64,000 nucleotides of DNA, from NCBI GenBank assembly GCA_043809315.1, contig JAZDDX010000024.1, positions 1 to 64,000 on the forward strand, given 5' to 3'. The notes under the pieces were generated by a model. That model had not been told where the DNA came from. It saw only the letters and a program-made list of their open reading frames with translations, and made no database searches. Origin of the DNA: Pseudomonadota bacterium. GTDB taxonomy: Bacteria > Bdellovibrionota_G > JALEGL01 > DATDPG01. The translations under genes and the position numbers were made by a program. Shown here in pieces: positions 36,324-46,304 of the stretch (position 1 is its first letter; each line of letters begins with the position of its first letter).

Positions 36324-37790
36324 GTGTGGCAAGAGAGGAACGATTTGTCCCCCGAATCGGAAAATCTGAGACAGAATCTGGCTTCCTACCTTGAGTTTGC
36401 GATCGCGCTCAAGAAACGAACGAAATTGATCCTCTGGGTGGCGTTGGCCGGGAGCGTTCTGACCGTTCTGGGTGCGACGCTGATGTCCCCGGTCTACACC
36501 TCCAGCACCCTCATTCTGATCCAGCCTCAGCGGCTCCCCTCGAGCTACGTACAATCGGCGATCTCGGTCGACCTGAACGACCGTCTGCGAACCCTGACGC
36601 CTCAAATCATGAGCCGGTCGCGCCTCGAACAGATCATCAACAAGTTCGATCTCTACGGCCCGACCCAGGATCCGAAGCAGATGGAGAGCAAGGTCGATCG
36701 GATGCGGAAGTCGATCAAAGTCCAGGTGAAGGGGGAGGACACCTTCCGGATCTATTTCTCGCACCGGTCGCCCCGGGTCGCCAGGGAGACTACGCAGGAG
36801 TTGGCGCACCTCTTCATCGAGGACAATCTTCGCGACCGAGCCAATCAGGCCGAGAGCACGTCGGAGTTTCTCGACAGCGAATTGAACAACCTGAAAGGAC
36901 AGCTCGAGTCGCAGGAGGAGGCGCTGCGGCGGTTCAAAGAGGGCCACCTCGGGGTCCTGCCGGAACAACAGTCCGCCAATCTCCGTGCTTTGGACCGATT
37001 CCAAAACGCATATCAGACCAACACGGAGGCCCTGCAAGCCGCGCGGGACCGGAAAACCGCGATCGAGGAGCAGATCTCCAAAGCAAACGAGGAGGGGACC
37101 GCGATGGTCCTTTCCGACTCGCAGCTCGACTCGCTGAAGGCGCAGCTCGGGGAGAAACGCGCCCAACTGACTGACAAACATCCGGATGTGCGGTTTCTGG
37201 AACGGAAAGTCCACGAGATGGAAGAGAAGCTTGCTGCGCTGAAACAACGGGGTGATCCCCGGGCCGTCGCGAACACCGATCCGTACACGCGGAGTGTGCT
37301 CGGAAAGCTGGAACGTGCGAATCACGATGTCGCCCAACTGGAGGTGACGCAGGAGAGGCTGGAGAAAGATATCGCGGATTATCAGCGGCGGATCGAGAGA
37401 CTTCCGTCGGTGGAGACCCAGCTGATTCTTTTGACGCGCGATTACGACACCACGCGGACCAACTATCAGGCTCTTCTCAACAAAAAGTTCGAGGCCCGCC
37501 TCTCCATCAATCTGGAAAAAAAGCAGAAGGACGCCGCGTTCAAAGTGCTCGATCCGGCGTATCTGCCGGCGTCGCCGGACAGCCCCAGCAGGGGCCTCGT
37601 GGTTCTGATGGGGATTCTGATCTCCGGCGTTCTGGGGTTGGCGGTTGCGTTTGCGGCGGAGGCGCTCGATACGACCATCCGTTCCGAGAGGGACCTCAGG
37701 GATTTCGGGCCGGCGCCGGTCATCGCGATGATCCCCCGTCTGCGGAAGTCCCGGGATGAAACAGCGGAACCCAAGCAGGCGGCGGGCTGA
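36324..37790 (+). CDS. Polysaccharide co-polymerase (Wzc/GumC membrane part)
   Basis: Two TM segments, long coiled coil, HPDV, FKVLDPAYLP. Confidence 0.9.
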   Translation: MWQERNDLSPESENLRQNLASYLEFAIALKKRTKLILWVALAGSVLTVLGATLMSPVYTSSTLILIQPQRLPSSYVQSAISVDLNDRLRTLTPQIMSRSRLEQIINKFDLYGPTQDPKQMESKVDRMRKSIKVQVKGEDTFRIYFSHRSPRVARETTQELAHLFIEDNLRDRANQAESTSEFLDSELNNLKGQLESQEEALRRFKEGHLGVLPEQQSANLRALDRFQNAYQTNTEALQAARDRKTAIEEQISKANEEGTAMVLSDSQLDSLKAQLGEKRAQLTDKHPDVRFLERKVHEMEEKLAALKQRGDPRAVANTDPYTRSVLGKLERANHDVAQLEVTQERLEKDIADYQRRIERLPSVETQLILLTRDYDTTRTNYQALLNKKFEARLSINLEKKQKDAAFKVLDPAYLPASPDSPSRGLVVLMGILISGVLGLAVAFAAEALDTTIRSERDLRDFGPAPVIAMIPRLRKSRDETAEPKQAAG

Positions 37791-37802
37791 GGACGGTAAC
37801 CG

Positions 37803-38564
37803 ATGACATTCCCCTCGAAAGACAGAACGAACCTGGAAGTGGTCACTCCGTCCTTGGAAGAGCCGATCCGCCAGGCGCCCATCCTTCTTCTCTCGGCGGC
37901 GCAGGTTCCGCCGGAGCTGGTGATGGTGAGCGAGTCCGGATCCGATGCGGCCGAGCAATATCGCTTGCTGGCCCATGCGTTGGAGAAAGATCACGGGGGA
38001 CAGACCGGGCGCACGATCGCGGTTTCGAGCGCGGTCGCGGGAGAGGGAAAGACGCTCACCGCATTGAACTTGGCATACGCCTTGTCGGAGACGAAAACCC
38101 GGCAGATCCTCCTCTGTGATGTCGACTTCTGCGGGGGCTCGATCACCCGAACCCTCGGCCTGGGAGACCCCCCGGGAATCACGGATCTGTTCCAGGAATC
38201 GAAGCCTCTGAACGAAATCCTCCGGAGGCTGGACAACAATCTCATGTTGCTTCCTGCCGGGACACCGCTTACCCATCCCCTCGGCCTGCTGAGGTCCGCC
38301 ATCTGGCATCAGCTCATGGATTCGCTCCGAGCCCACTTTCATTTCATCATCATGGATTGCCCTCCGATTCTAGGAAACGAGCAGATGTCGGTGATCGACG
38401 ACGTGATCGATCGGGTTCTGTTGGTGGTCCGGGCCGGTTATAGCCGTCAGGAGACGCTGAAAGACGCCCTGGCCTGCGTGACGCCCGAGAAGCTGGCTGG
38501 CTTTGCGTTGAACGACGTGACGGACCGGGGTCGAGTGTACCGTTCGTACAAAAGAGAGACCTGA
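37803..38564 (+). CDS. CpsD/CapB family BY-kinase
   Basis: AEQYR, SSAVAGEGKT Walker A, DVD, IMDCPP. Confidence 0.9.
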   Translation: MTFPSKDRTNLEVVTPSLEEPIRQAPILLLSAAQVPPELVMVSESGSDAAEQYRLLAHALEKDHGGQTGRTIAVSSAVAGEGKTLTALNLAYALSETKTRQILLCDVDFCGGSITRTLGLGDPPGITDLFQESKPLNEILRRLDNNLMLLPAGTPLTHPLGLLRSAIWHQLMDSLRAHFHFIIMDCPPILGNEQMSVIDDVIDRVLLVVRAGYSRQETLKDALACVTPEKLAGFALNDVTDRGRVYRSYKRET

Positions 38565-39949
38565 TGGCTTGGACCTGGGCTCATTCGAAATACAAGAACC
38601 TGTTTCTTCTCGAAATGCTGTTCTTCGTGCTGGCGGCGACGGCGGCGTTTCTGCTTCGGTTCTACCTGTCCACCTGGGATGTCCGCGCGTACCCCTACTT
38701 GGTTCCGAAGATGATTCTGGCCGTCTTCATGACCCAGCTCTCGCTCTATTACAACGGGCTCTACGAGTTCGGGGTTGTTCGCCGGGCGCATAACCTCGTC
38801 CTCACTTTACTGCAGGCCTTCGCAGGGGCGACGCTTTCGCTGCTGGCTCTATACTACGCATTTCCGTTCCTGTTGATCGGACGCGGTGTTTTCTTTCTCA
38901 TGATGTCCCTGTTCTTCGTGGTCGCGATCCTGTTCCGTTCCGTCCTTCATCTGCTGTTTCTCCGGGGGTATCTGGCGCAGCGGGTCTTGGTATTGGGATC
39001 CGGGAAAGGCGCGGTGTCGATCATCAAGTACTTGAACGACCCGAACCCCCACTCGTACAAGTTGGTCGGTTTCTTGAAAGAGGATCTGGTCCATCTGGGT
39101 CCGTTCCAGGCCCTCGGAGCGGCGGTCGGTTCCTACGGAGAGTTGTTTGCGACTGCGCTCCGTGAGCAGGTTCAGATGATCGTCGTGGCGCTGGATGACC
39201 GGCGCGGGCGCCTTCCGCTCGGTGACCTGGTCGAATGCAAGCTGCGCGGCATCGAGGTCATGGACAGCGCCCGGTTCTGGGAGGTCGAGCGCGGGATCAT
39301 CTCCGTTCCGGATCTCCCGCCGAGTTGGCTCATTTTTTCCGACGGGTTCCGGCAGTCGACCGTTACCTTGGTCCTGAAAGGGATCAGCGAGTTCTTGATC
39401 GCGTTAACCGCACTGATCGTGCTCGCGCCGTTCGCCCTGTTGGCCGCCGCCGCGATCCGGATCGACAGCCCGGGGCCGATCCTGTACCGCCAGCTCCGGG
39501 TGGGGGCGCGGGGGGGGGCCTTCACGCTTCTCAAATTCCGTTCGATGCGGGCCGATGCGGAGGGGGACGGAGCCGCCCAGTGGGCCGCAGAAGAGGATCC
39601 GAGAGTGACGCGCGCGGGGCGTTTTCTCCGGAAGTACCGTCTGGACGAGATTCCCCAGCTGATCAATGTGATCCGGGGCGAGATGAGCTTGGTGGGGCCG
39701 CGGCCGGAGCGTCCCGAATTCGTCAACGAATTGATCAAGAAAGTACCGTGTTATGCACAGCGTCTGGCGGTCAAGCCGGGCGTGACGGGGCTGGCTCAGG
39801 TTCGTATGAAGTATGCCGCCTCGGTCGAGGACGCGGCGGAAAAGCTGAAGTACGACCTTTTCTACGTGAAGAACGTCTCCTTCATTCTCGACCTGGCGAT
39901 TCTGGTCGATACCTTCAAAGTAGTTCTGCTGGGCAAAGGCGCGAGATAG
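38564..39949 (+). CDS. Priming polyprenyl glycosylphosphotransferase (PEP-CTERM-associated type)
   Basis: KFRSM, DPRVT, RLDEIPQL, MSLVGPRPERP, KLKYDLFY. Confidence 0.93.
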   Translation: MAWTWAHSKYKNLFLLEMLFFVLAATAAFLLRFYLSTWDVRAYPYLVPKMILAVFMTQLSLYYNGLYEFGVVRRAHNLVLTLLQAFAGATLSLLALYYAFPFLLIGRGVFFLMMSLFFVVAILFRSVLHLLFLRGYLAQRVLVLGSGKGAVSIIKYLNDPNPHSYKLVGFLKEDLVHLGPFQALGAAVGSYGELFATALREQVQMIVVALDDRRGRLPLGDLVECKLRGIEVMDSARFWEVERGIISVPDLPPSWLIFSDGFRQSTVTLVLKGISEFLIALTALIVLAPFALLAAAAIRIDSPGPILYRQLRVGARGGAFTLLKFRSMRADAEGDGAAQWAAEEDPRVTRAGRFLRKYRLDEIPQLINVIRGEMSLVGPRPERPEFVNELIKKVPCYAQRLAVKPGVTGLAQVRMKYAASVEDAAEKLKYDLFYVKNVSFILDLAILVDTFKVVLLGKGAR

Positions 39950-39959
39950 GATCGCGGTC

Positions 39960-41228
39960 ATGGCGTATCTTTTCTTGTGCGCAATCCTGCTCACGGTCTA
40001 CCTCCGTCCGGCGGATGTATGGTCGTCCCTTGAGAAGGTCCCGTTTCTCTACGTCTTGAGCGGTCTCCTGGCCGTGGCGACGGTTCTCTCCTGGATGGTG
40101 CGCGCGACCCGTCCCCGATGGGTTCCGCACCTGACCTGGATTCTGGGCGTCTGGTTCGCCTTCGTTTTTTCTCACATCGCGCACGGCTTTCTGGCGATGA
40201 CCCTTTCGACGTTCACGGGGTTCCTCACGAACGTGTTTCTGGTCTTTGCAGCGACGTTTGTCCTGGTTTCCCCGGGCCGGCTCCGGGGTTTCGCCACGCT
40301 TTGGATCCTCCTCTCCCTTTTTCTGGCGATCGACGGGATCGTTCAGAATGCCACCGGCGCGGGGTTCTGGGGGCAACCGATGGTGAAGGGGAGAATCCAA
40401 GGGGTCGGCTCCTTCGCCGACCCGAACGACCTCTGTCTGACGTTTCTCATCACGGTTCCGCTTGCGCATGCACGCTTCTATGCGAAAGGGCACGGGGGAA
40501 GGTTTCTTTTTGCTCTGATCGCCGGAGTGTTTACGTACGCCACGTTTCTCACGAACTCCCGCGGAGGGATCGTGAGCCTCTTCTTGGTGTTCTTCGCTCT
40601 TGCCGCCCACCGGTTCGGACGCAAGCTGGGCTTGGTTCTGGGTGGGATTCTGGTGCTGGTGTTTCTGGCGTTCGGTCCTTCCCGTGTGGACGAGATCGGG
40701 TCGACCGACGCTTCCTCTCAGGGGCGGATCGGCGCTTGGTCCGAGGGTCTGCAGATGTTCAAGCGGAACCCGGTGGCCGGGGTGGGAGTCGGTCTTTTCA
40801 CCGACCATTTCGAATTGACGGCGCATAACTCGTTCGTTCTCTGCTTCGCGGAAACCGGGTTTCTAGGCGCTTTCTTCTGGCTCGGTCTTCTGTACGTGTC
40901 GATCTTAAGCCTTCGGAGGGTGGCCACCGTGGCGCGGTCCGATCCGGACGGCCGGGAGACCTTGGCGTGGTTGAAGGGGACTCAAATCGCTTTCTTGGGA
41001 TTCCTGGCGGGGGCCTTCTTCCTCTCGCGCACGTACAACATCCTTCTGTACTTGCTGATCGGGTTTTCGGCGGCGCTGTATGTCGAAGCCATGCAACGCT
41101 ATCCGAGCGTGCGCTTTGAAATGAGGGGGAAAGATCGCTGGAAGGTAGCCGGTCTCGTTGTCGGCGGGATCGTTCTGATCTACATCTTGGTGAAAACGTT
41201 GGCGATATGGCAAGGGAACTTCTATTGA
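39960..41228 (+). CDS. O-antigen ligase/Wzy-like polymerase
   Basis: Multi-TM protein; DPND, TNSRGG, TAHNSF. Confidence 0.85.
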   Translation: MAYLFLCAILLTVYLRPADVWSSLEKVPFLYVLSGLLAVATVLSWMVRATRPRWVPHLTWILGVWFAFVFSHIAHGFLAMTLSTFTGFLTNVFLVFAATFVLVSPGRLRGFATLWILLSLFLAIDGIVQNATGAGFWGQPMVKGRIQGVGSFADPNDLCLTFLITVPLAHARFYAKGHGGRFLFALIAGVFTYATFLTNSRGGIVSLFLVFFALAAHRFGRKLGLVLGGILVLVFLAFGPSRVDEIGSTDASSQGRIGAWSEGLQMFKRNPVAGVGVGLFTDHFELTAHNSFVLCFAETGFLGAFFWLGLLYVSILSLRRVATVARSDPDGRETLAWLKGTQIAFLGFLAGAFFLSRTYNILLYLLIGFSAALYVEAMQRYPSVRFEMRGKDRWKVAGLVVGGIVLIYILVKTLAIWQGNFY

Positions 41229-41238
41229 GAGGCAGCGG

Positions 41239-42336
41239 GTGAAGCGACCCGGAGTCCTCCATCTGGTCTGGACCCTCCATCTGGCCGGCGCGGAGCGTGT
41301 GGCTCAGGCCGTCCTTTCCTCCTGTCGCGCAGCAGGCTTCGAGCCCCATGTCTGCGCGCTCTCTCCCTCCGATCCCTCCCATCGGAACGACTGGGAGAGG
41401 AAGGGGATCCGGGTTTCCGAGATCTGGAAACGACCGGGGATCGATCTTCTTCTCCCGTTCCGGTTGCGGAAGCTCCTCCGCGACGCCCGGATTTCGATTT
41501 TGCACACCCACAACGCCGTCGGAGCTTTCTACGGGGGGATTTCCGCCGGCGCGGACGTTCTCAAGGTCCACACCGAACACAGCAACATCGCGCGGGAGAA
41601 ACGTATGCTTCGCCGGTTCACGGCGTGGCAACTCCGTTCCGCATCGGTCGTGGCCGATTCACAGAAAGTCGCCGTGATGTTGAAGCGGAGAGACGGTTTT
41701 CCCAAAGAGAAGATTCGCCTGATCTACAACGGCGTAGCGACCGAGTTCGGCGGAATCATGGACCGAAATGCGGCCAAGAGTTCGTTGGGAATTCCGGCTT
41801 CAGCACGCGTGGTGGGGACGGTCGGGAATCTCCGCCCCGTGAAAGACCAGATGGCTCTTCTGTCGGCGTTTGGTTCGCTGGCGAAGGAGGACTCGGATCT
41901 CTTCCTGGTGATCGTGGGCGAGGGGGAAATGAGGTCGGCTCTGGAAGCGGAGGCCCGGCGAGTCGGGTTGGAAGGGAGAGTGAAGCTTCCGGGGTATCGA
42001 AGCGACGCCCCTCGGCTGTTTTCCGCGTTCGATCTCTTCGTTCTCTCCTCCAAGAGCGAGGGGCTTCCGCTCGCGCTCCTGGAAGCGATGGCGGCGGGTC
42101 GTCCCTGCGTCGCGACCGCCGTGGGGGGGATTCCCGAGGTGATTACCGACGGGGAGAACGGCCGCCTGGTCCCTCCGGAGAGTCCGGTCGGTTTCGCGCG
42201 GGTGATGCGGCAGCTCTTGGCCGATCCGGAGAATGCCGGGCGGATGGGAGAACGAGGCCGGTGGACGGTTGCCGAGCGTTTTAGTGAAAAACAGATGGTC
42301 GAAAAATACCTGGAATTGTACCGGGAGTTATCGTGA
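41239..42336 (+). CDS. GT4 glycosyltransferase
   Basis: SEGLPLALLEAMAAG. Confidence 0.92.
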   Translation: MKRPGVLHLVWTLHLAGAERVAQAVLSSCRAAGFEPHVCALSPSDPSHRNDWERKGIRVSEIWKRPGIDLLLPFRLRKLLRDARISILHTHNAVGAFYGGISAGADVLKVHTEHSNIAREKRMLRRFTAWQLRSASVVADSQKVAVMLKRRDGFPKEKIRLIYNGVATEFGGIMDRNAAKSSLGIPASARVVGTVGNLRPVKDQMALLSAFGSLAKEDSDLFLVIVGEGEMRSALEAEARRVGLEGRVKLPGYRSDAPRLFSAFDLFVLSSKSEGLPLALLEAMAAGRPCVATAVGGIPEVITDGENGRLVPPESPVGFARVMRQLLADPENAGRMGERGRWTVAERFSEKQMVEKYLELYRELS

Positions 42337-43463
42337 ACGTGCTCGCGATCACCTCCCTGTTCCCCACCCCGATCGATCCGCAGGCGGGGCGTTTCAATCT
42401 CGCTCAACTGAGCGAAGTCGCCGCGTCGGACGGTGTGTCGGTGCTGGTTGCGATCCGGTGGCCCCTGTTCCTCAAACGCGGGGGGAAGAACCGCGAAACG
42501 GTGTCCGGAGGAACGTTGAAGATCGTTCCGACTCCCTATCTTTACCCTCCAGGGCTCGCGTACGGCTGGCACGGGCATTTCTTTTGGGCGTCGATCCGCG
42601 GCCAGGTCCGAAAGCTGGCGCGGGAAACGCGCTTCGACGTGGTCTACGGAATGTTCGCCTACCCCGACGGGTGGGCGGCGGCGCAGGCCGCGCAGGAACT
42701 GGGTGTGCCGCTGGTTCTCAAGGTCCACGGGAGTGACATCCATCGTCTGCGCCACGACCGAAGTCGCCGGTACCGTCTTTCGGAGGCGCTCGGGAGGGCG
42801 AAGAGGATCGTCGCGGTCTCGGAACAGCTCGCAGGCGAGGTTCGGGAGATCGCGCCCGGGATCACGGTCCGCGTCGTGCGGAACGGAGTGGATCACTCCG
42901 CCTTCCCGGTCGGGTCGAAGGAAGAGGCGCGGGAAAAGCTCGGGTTCCCCCGGGATCAGCCGGTGGTTCTTTTTGTCGGCCGGATGGAACCGGTGAAGGG
43001 GGCCGACCTCCTTCCCGAGATCGCCGGGAGCGTGAAGCATCCGGTCCGCTGGGTGTTGATCGGCCTCGGATCGGAAGCTTCCAGAATCGTGTCGAGGATG
43101 CCGGATGGGTTCACGCGGTGGATCCCGGGCGTTCCGCACGATAGGATCGGCGATTACTACCGGGCGGCGGATCTCGTTCTGATCCCGAGTCGGCGGGAGG
43201 GGATTCCGAACTCCCTTCTGGAAGCGTTGGCGTCCGACCGGCCGGTGGTGGCGAGTGCGGTGGGGGGAATCCCCGAGATCCTGACCGATGCTGGGGGGGG
43301 ACGGCTCGTGGCGTCCATGGAACCCGATTCGTTCGCGCATGCGATCGACGACCTCCTCACTCATCCCCCCGAAAAGGGGAGGGCCGCCGGGATGGTTTCG
43401 ATGGTACGTTGGGAGACGAGCGGCCGCGAACTGCGGTCCGTGTTAGCGGAGGCGATCCAATGA
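42333..43463 (+). CDS. GT4 glycosyltransferase
   Basis: REGIPNSLLEALA, HGSDI. Confidence 0.9.
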   Translation: MNVLAITSLFPTPIDPQAGRFNLAQLSEVAASDGVSVLVAIRWPLFLKRGGKNRETVSGGTLKIVPTPYLYPPGLAYGWHGHFFWASIRGQVRKLARETRFDVVYGMFAYPDGWAAAQAAQELGVPLVLKVHGSDIHRLRHDRSRRYRLSEALGRAKRIVAVSEQLAGEVREIAPGITVRVVRNGVDHSAFPVGSKEEAREKLGFPRDQPVVLFVGRMEPVKGADLLPEIAGSVKHPVRWVLIGLGSEASRIVSRMPDGFTRWIPGVPHDRIGDYYRAADLVLIPSRREGIPNSLLEALASDRPVVASAVGGIPEILTDAGGGRLVASMEPDSFAHAIDDLLTHPPEKGRAAGMVSMVRWETSGRELRSVLAEAIQ

Positions 43464-43981
43464 TCCGATTCTTACCGGAAGATTTTCGACAGAAAGCTCG
43501 ATGGAACTACGGAAACACGAGCTTCCGATCCGTTTTGAAGGCGCTGGTGACCGACGGTTCGTTCACAATGGTGGCGTACCGAGTGGCTCAGACCTGCTAC
43601 CGCCTGCACATCGGCTGGCTGGGAGCGGTTCTACTGAAGTTCTCGAGCGTGCTCACGCAGGCGCTGATCGGACGGGGTGCGGAGTTCGGCCCCGGGTTCG
43701 TCGTCCTGCATTCGACGGGGCTGGTGATCAACGGGAGAACGCGCGGAGGACGGAACGTCTTTCTCGAGCACGGGGTGACGATCGGCGAAGAGAAGGGGGG
43801 AGTTCCCGTTCTCGGCAGCGACATCTTCGTCGGCGCGGGGGCCAAGATCTTCGGCCGAGTGAGGATCGGGGACGGGGCCCGGATCGGTGCCAACGCGGTG
43901 GTCGTTCACGACGTGCCGGACCACTCGACGGCGGTCGGAGTTCCGGCGCGGATTCTCCCACCCAAGCGGTCGAAACCATGA
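43460..43981 (+). CDS. Serine-acetyltransferase-like hexapeptide O-acetyltransferase
   Basis: IGRGAEFGPG...VGAGAKI...IGANAVV...VGVPAR. Confidence 0.88.
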   Translation: MIRFLPEDFRQKARWNYGNTSFRSVLKALVTDGSFTMVAYRVAQTCYRLHIGWLGAVLLKFSSVLTQALIGRGAEFGPGFVVLHSTGLVINGRTRGGRNVFLEHGVTIGEEKGGVPVLGSDIFVGAGAKIFGRVRIGDGARIGANAVVVHDVPDHSTAVGVPARILPPKRSKP

Positions 43982-45204
43982 GCCACGTTTGGTCCTGGCT
44001 TTTCTGGGGCTCTGTCGGGACCGTTGCGTACACGTACCTCGTCTATCCGGCGCTCTTGTTCCTCTTCCATCTCGTGGCGGGAGGCTGGGACGATCTCGAA
44101 TACCTGATCCGTCGCAAGAAACGGAGGGTTTCGGACCAAGAGGGGTTTTCCCCGGACCGTCTCCCGCACGTTTCGTTCGTGACCGCCGCGCACAACGAGG
44201 AAGGGGTTCTTACGAAAAAGATCGAGAACACCCTCGGACTCGATTACCCGTCCGACCGGATGGAACTCCTGATCGGGTCGGATGCCTCGGGGGATCGGAC
44301 CGTGGAGATCGTCCGCCAGTCAAGCGATTCACGCGTGCGGGTCTTCGATTACACGGAACGAAGCGGAAAGATCGGCGTCTTGAAGAAATTGGTCCCCGAG
44401 GCGAAAGGGGAGATTCTGGTCTTCAGCGACGCGAACACCTTCTTCGAGAACGATTCGCTCAAGAAGCTGATCCGGCATTTCTGCGATCCGGAGGTGGGGG
44501 TGGTCTGCGGGGAGTTGCGCCTCACGGCGTCCGACGGAACCCTTCAGAACGAAGGGGCCTACTGGAGATTTGAAACGATCTTGAAGATGCTGGAGAGTCG
44601 TTTCGGAGCGGTTCTGGGTGCGAACGGTGGGATCTACGCTGTCCGCAGGAAGCTGTTCCCGGAAATCCCGGGCGACACGATCATCGAAGATTTCGTGATC
44701 CCTCTTCTCATCCGGGGAAAAGGGTATAGGACCTCGTTCGATCCGGAGGCCGTCGCGTTGGAGCGGAATCCGGTCGATCCCCGGGGCGAGTTCCGGAGAA
44801 GGGTCCGGATCGGCACCGGGTGCGCGCAGGCCATGCCCCTGATCCGGCATCTCCTTTCCCCCCGTTTCGGGATGCTCGCGTTCTCCCTCTGGTCTCACAA
44901 GGTGGTTCGGTGGGCGGTCCCGTTCACCCTGCTTCTGGCCATGGGCGCGAACTTGGCGCTCCTGTCCGAGGCCGGCCGATGCCCGTGCCATCCGTATGTC
45001 GTGACGTTGTCCCTGCAGATTTTATTCTATGCGCTGGCGGTCATGGGGTGGCTGCGCAACCGGTGGAACAAACCACTTTGGATCTTCGGTCTGCCGTTTC
45101 TGTTCGTGGCGATGAACGCGGCGCTTCTCACCGGCTTCCTCCGGTTCTGGCTCGGCCTGCATCAGGTGGCCTGGAAGCCGACCGCACGAACGGTGGATGG
45201 ATGA
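43978..45204 (+). CDS. GT2 glycosyltransferase
   Basis: AAHNEE, SDAN, IEDF, RRVRI. True start is ATG 43978 (ATGA overlap). Confidence 0.9.
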   Translation: MSHVWSWLFWGSVGTVAYTYLVYPALLFLFHLVAGGWDDLEYLIRRKKRRVSDQEGFSPDRLPHVSFVTAAHNEEGVLTKKIENTLGLDYPSDRMELLIGSDASGDRTVEIVRQSSDSRVRVFDYTERSGKIGVLKKLVPEAKGEILVFSDANTFFENDSLKKLIRHFCDPEVGVVCGELRLTASDGTLQNEGAYWRFETILKMLESRFGAVLGANGGIYAVRRKLFPEIPGDTIIEDFVIPLLIRGKGYRTSFDPEAVALERNPVDPRGEFRRRVRIGTGCAQAMPLIRHLLSPRFGMLAFSLWSHKVVRWAVPFTLLLAMGANLALLSEAGRCPCHPYVVTLSLQILFYALAVMGWLRNRWNKPLWIFGLPFLFVAMNAALLTGFLRFWLGLHQVAWKPTARTVDG

Positions 45205-46304
45205 TTCGGCACGTTCACCTCTGGCTGGGGAGTTACGTTCGGGATGAATTCCGGTTCCGCGGCGTGCTCCCGAAGGGGAAGATCATCGACCTGCTCTTCT
45301 GCGTGGCCGATCACTACGAACCGCTGTGGCAAACCGATTCGGAGACGGTGGGGGATCGGCGCGTCGATATCTGGTCGGACCGATTCCCCAAGTTGGCGGC
45401 CCGGCACCGGGATGCCGACGGGAGAGGACCGGTTCACTCGTTCTTCTTCGCGGCGGAACAGTTCCGTCCGAAGTGGATCGAAGCACTGGCCGGTTTCGCG
45501 GACAATGGGTTGGGAGAGGTCGAGATCCACCTTCACCACGGCCACGACACGCGCGAAGGGTTGAAAGCGAAGCTCCTCGCGTTTCAGGAGTCCCTGAGCG
45601 GTTGGAGGCTCTTGAGCTCGGAGCGTGGGTCGCGACAGGCGCGGTACGGGTTCATTCACGGCGATTGGGCGCTCGCGAATTCAGGCCCCGGGGACGACAC
45701 GTGCGGAGTGGACGACGAACTCGAGGTGCTGATCGAGACCGGCTGTTACGGCGATTTCACGTTCCCCTCGGCCCCTTCGGAGACACAGATCCCGACGATC
45801 AACCGGATCTTCTTCGCGGACCCGAAGAAGAAAGGTCCGAAACCGCACGCGCGTGGGATCGAGGCATCGGTCGGAAGGTTCCGGCCGGACGATTTCATGC
45901 TGTTTGCAGGGCCGCTCGGTCTGGATTGGGAGCGCCGGAAGTTCGGACTCCTGCCGCGGATCGAGAACGGCGACCTCTCGGCGGGGAACCCGCCCCATCC
46001 GAGGCGGATCCCGTTGTGGCTGAAGCACTCAGCCCGTGTGGCCGGCAGGCCGGAGTGGCGGTTCATCAAGCTCTACACGCACGGCTGTGCCGAGCGGAAC
46101 CACGAGGCTCTGTTGGGCGGAGCGATGGACTCGCTTCTGGATGAATTGGAGGGACGGTACAACGACGGGAAACGGTTCCGCCTTCATTATGTGAGTGCCC
46201 GCGAGATGCACAACATTGCGCGCGCCGCGATGGACGGCAAGGGGGGGGACGCCGGGGAGTACCGCGACTACCAGCTCGTCCCCCGATGGAGGAAGCCGGC
46301 ATGA
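45201..46304 (+). CDS. Hypothetical EPS-cluster protein, probable metal-dependent hydrolase
   Basis: ADHYEP, EIHLHHGHD, FIHGDWAL, KLYTHG; coupled by overlaps on both sides. Confidence 0.7.
   Translation: MIRHVHLWLGSYVRDEFRFRGVLPKGKIIDLLFCVADHYEPLWQTDSETVGDRRVDIWSDRFPKLAARHRDADGRGPVHSFFFAAEQFRPKWIEALAGFADNGLGEVEIHLHHGHDTREGLKAKLLAFQESLSGWRLLSSERGSRQARYGFIHGDWALANSGPGDDTCGVDDELEVLIETGCYGDFTFPSAPSETQIPTINRIFFADPKKKGPKPHARGIEASVGRFRPDDFMLFAGPLGLDWERRKFGLLPRIENGDLSAGNPPHPRRIPLWLKHSARVAGRPEWRFIKLYTHGCAERNHEALLGGAMDSLLDELEGRYNDGKRFRLHYVSAREMHNIARAAMDGKGGDAGEYRDYQLVPRWRKPA

Noticed and set aside
36264-38342. Long antisense or alternate-frame ORFs (also 16794-18941, 28553-29836, 41724-43364, 62529-63557)
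   Set aside because: Shadow ORFs of well-supported genes in high-GC DNA, with no recognisable motifs.
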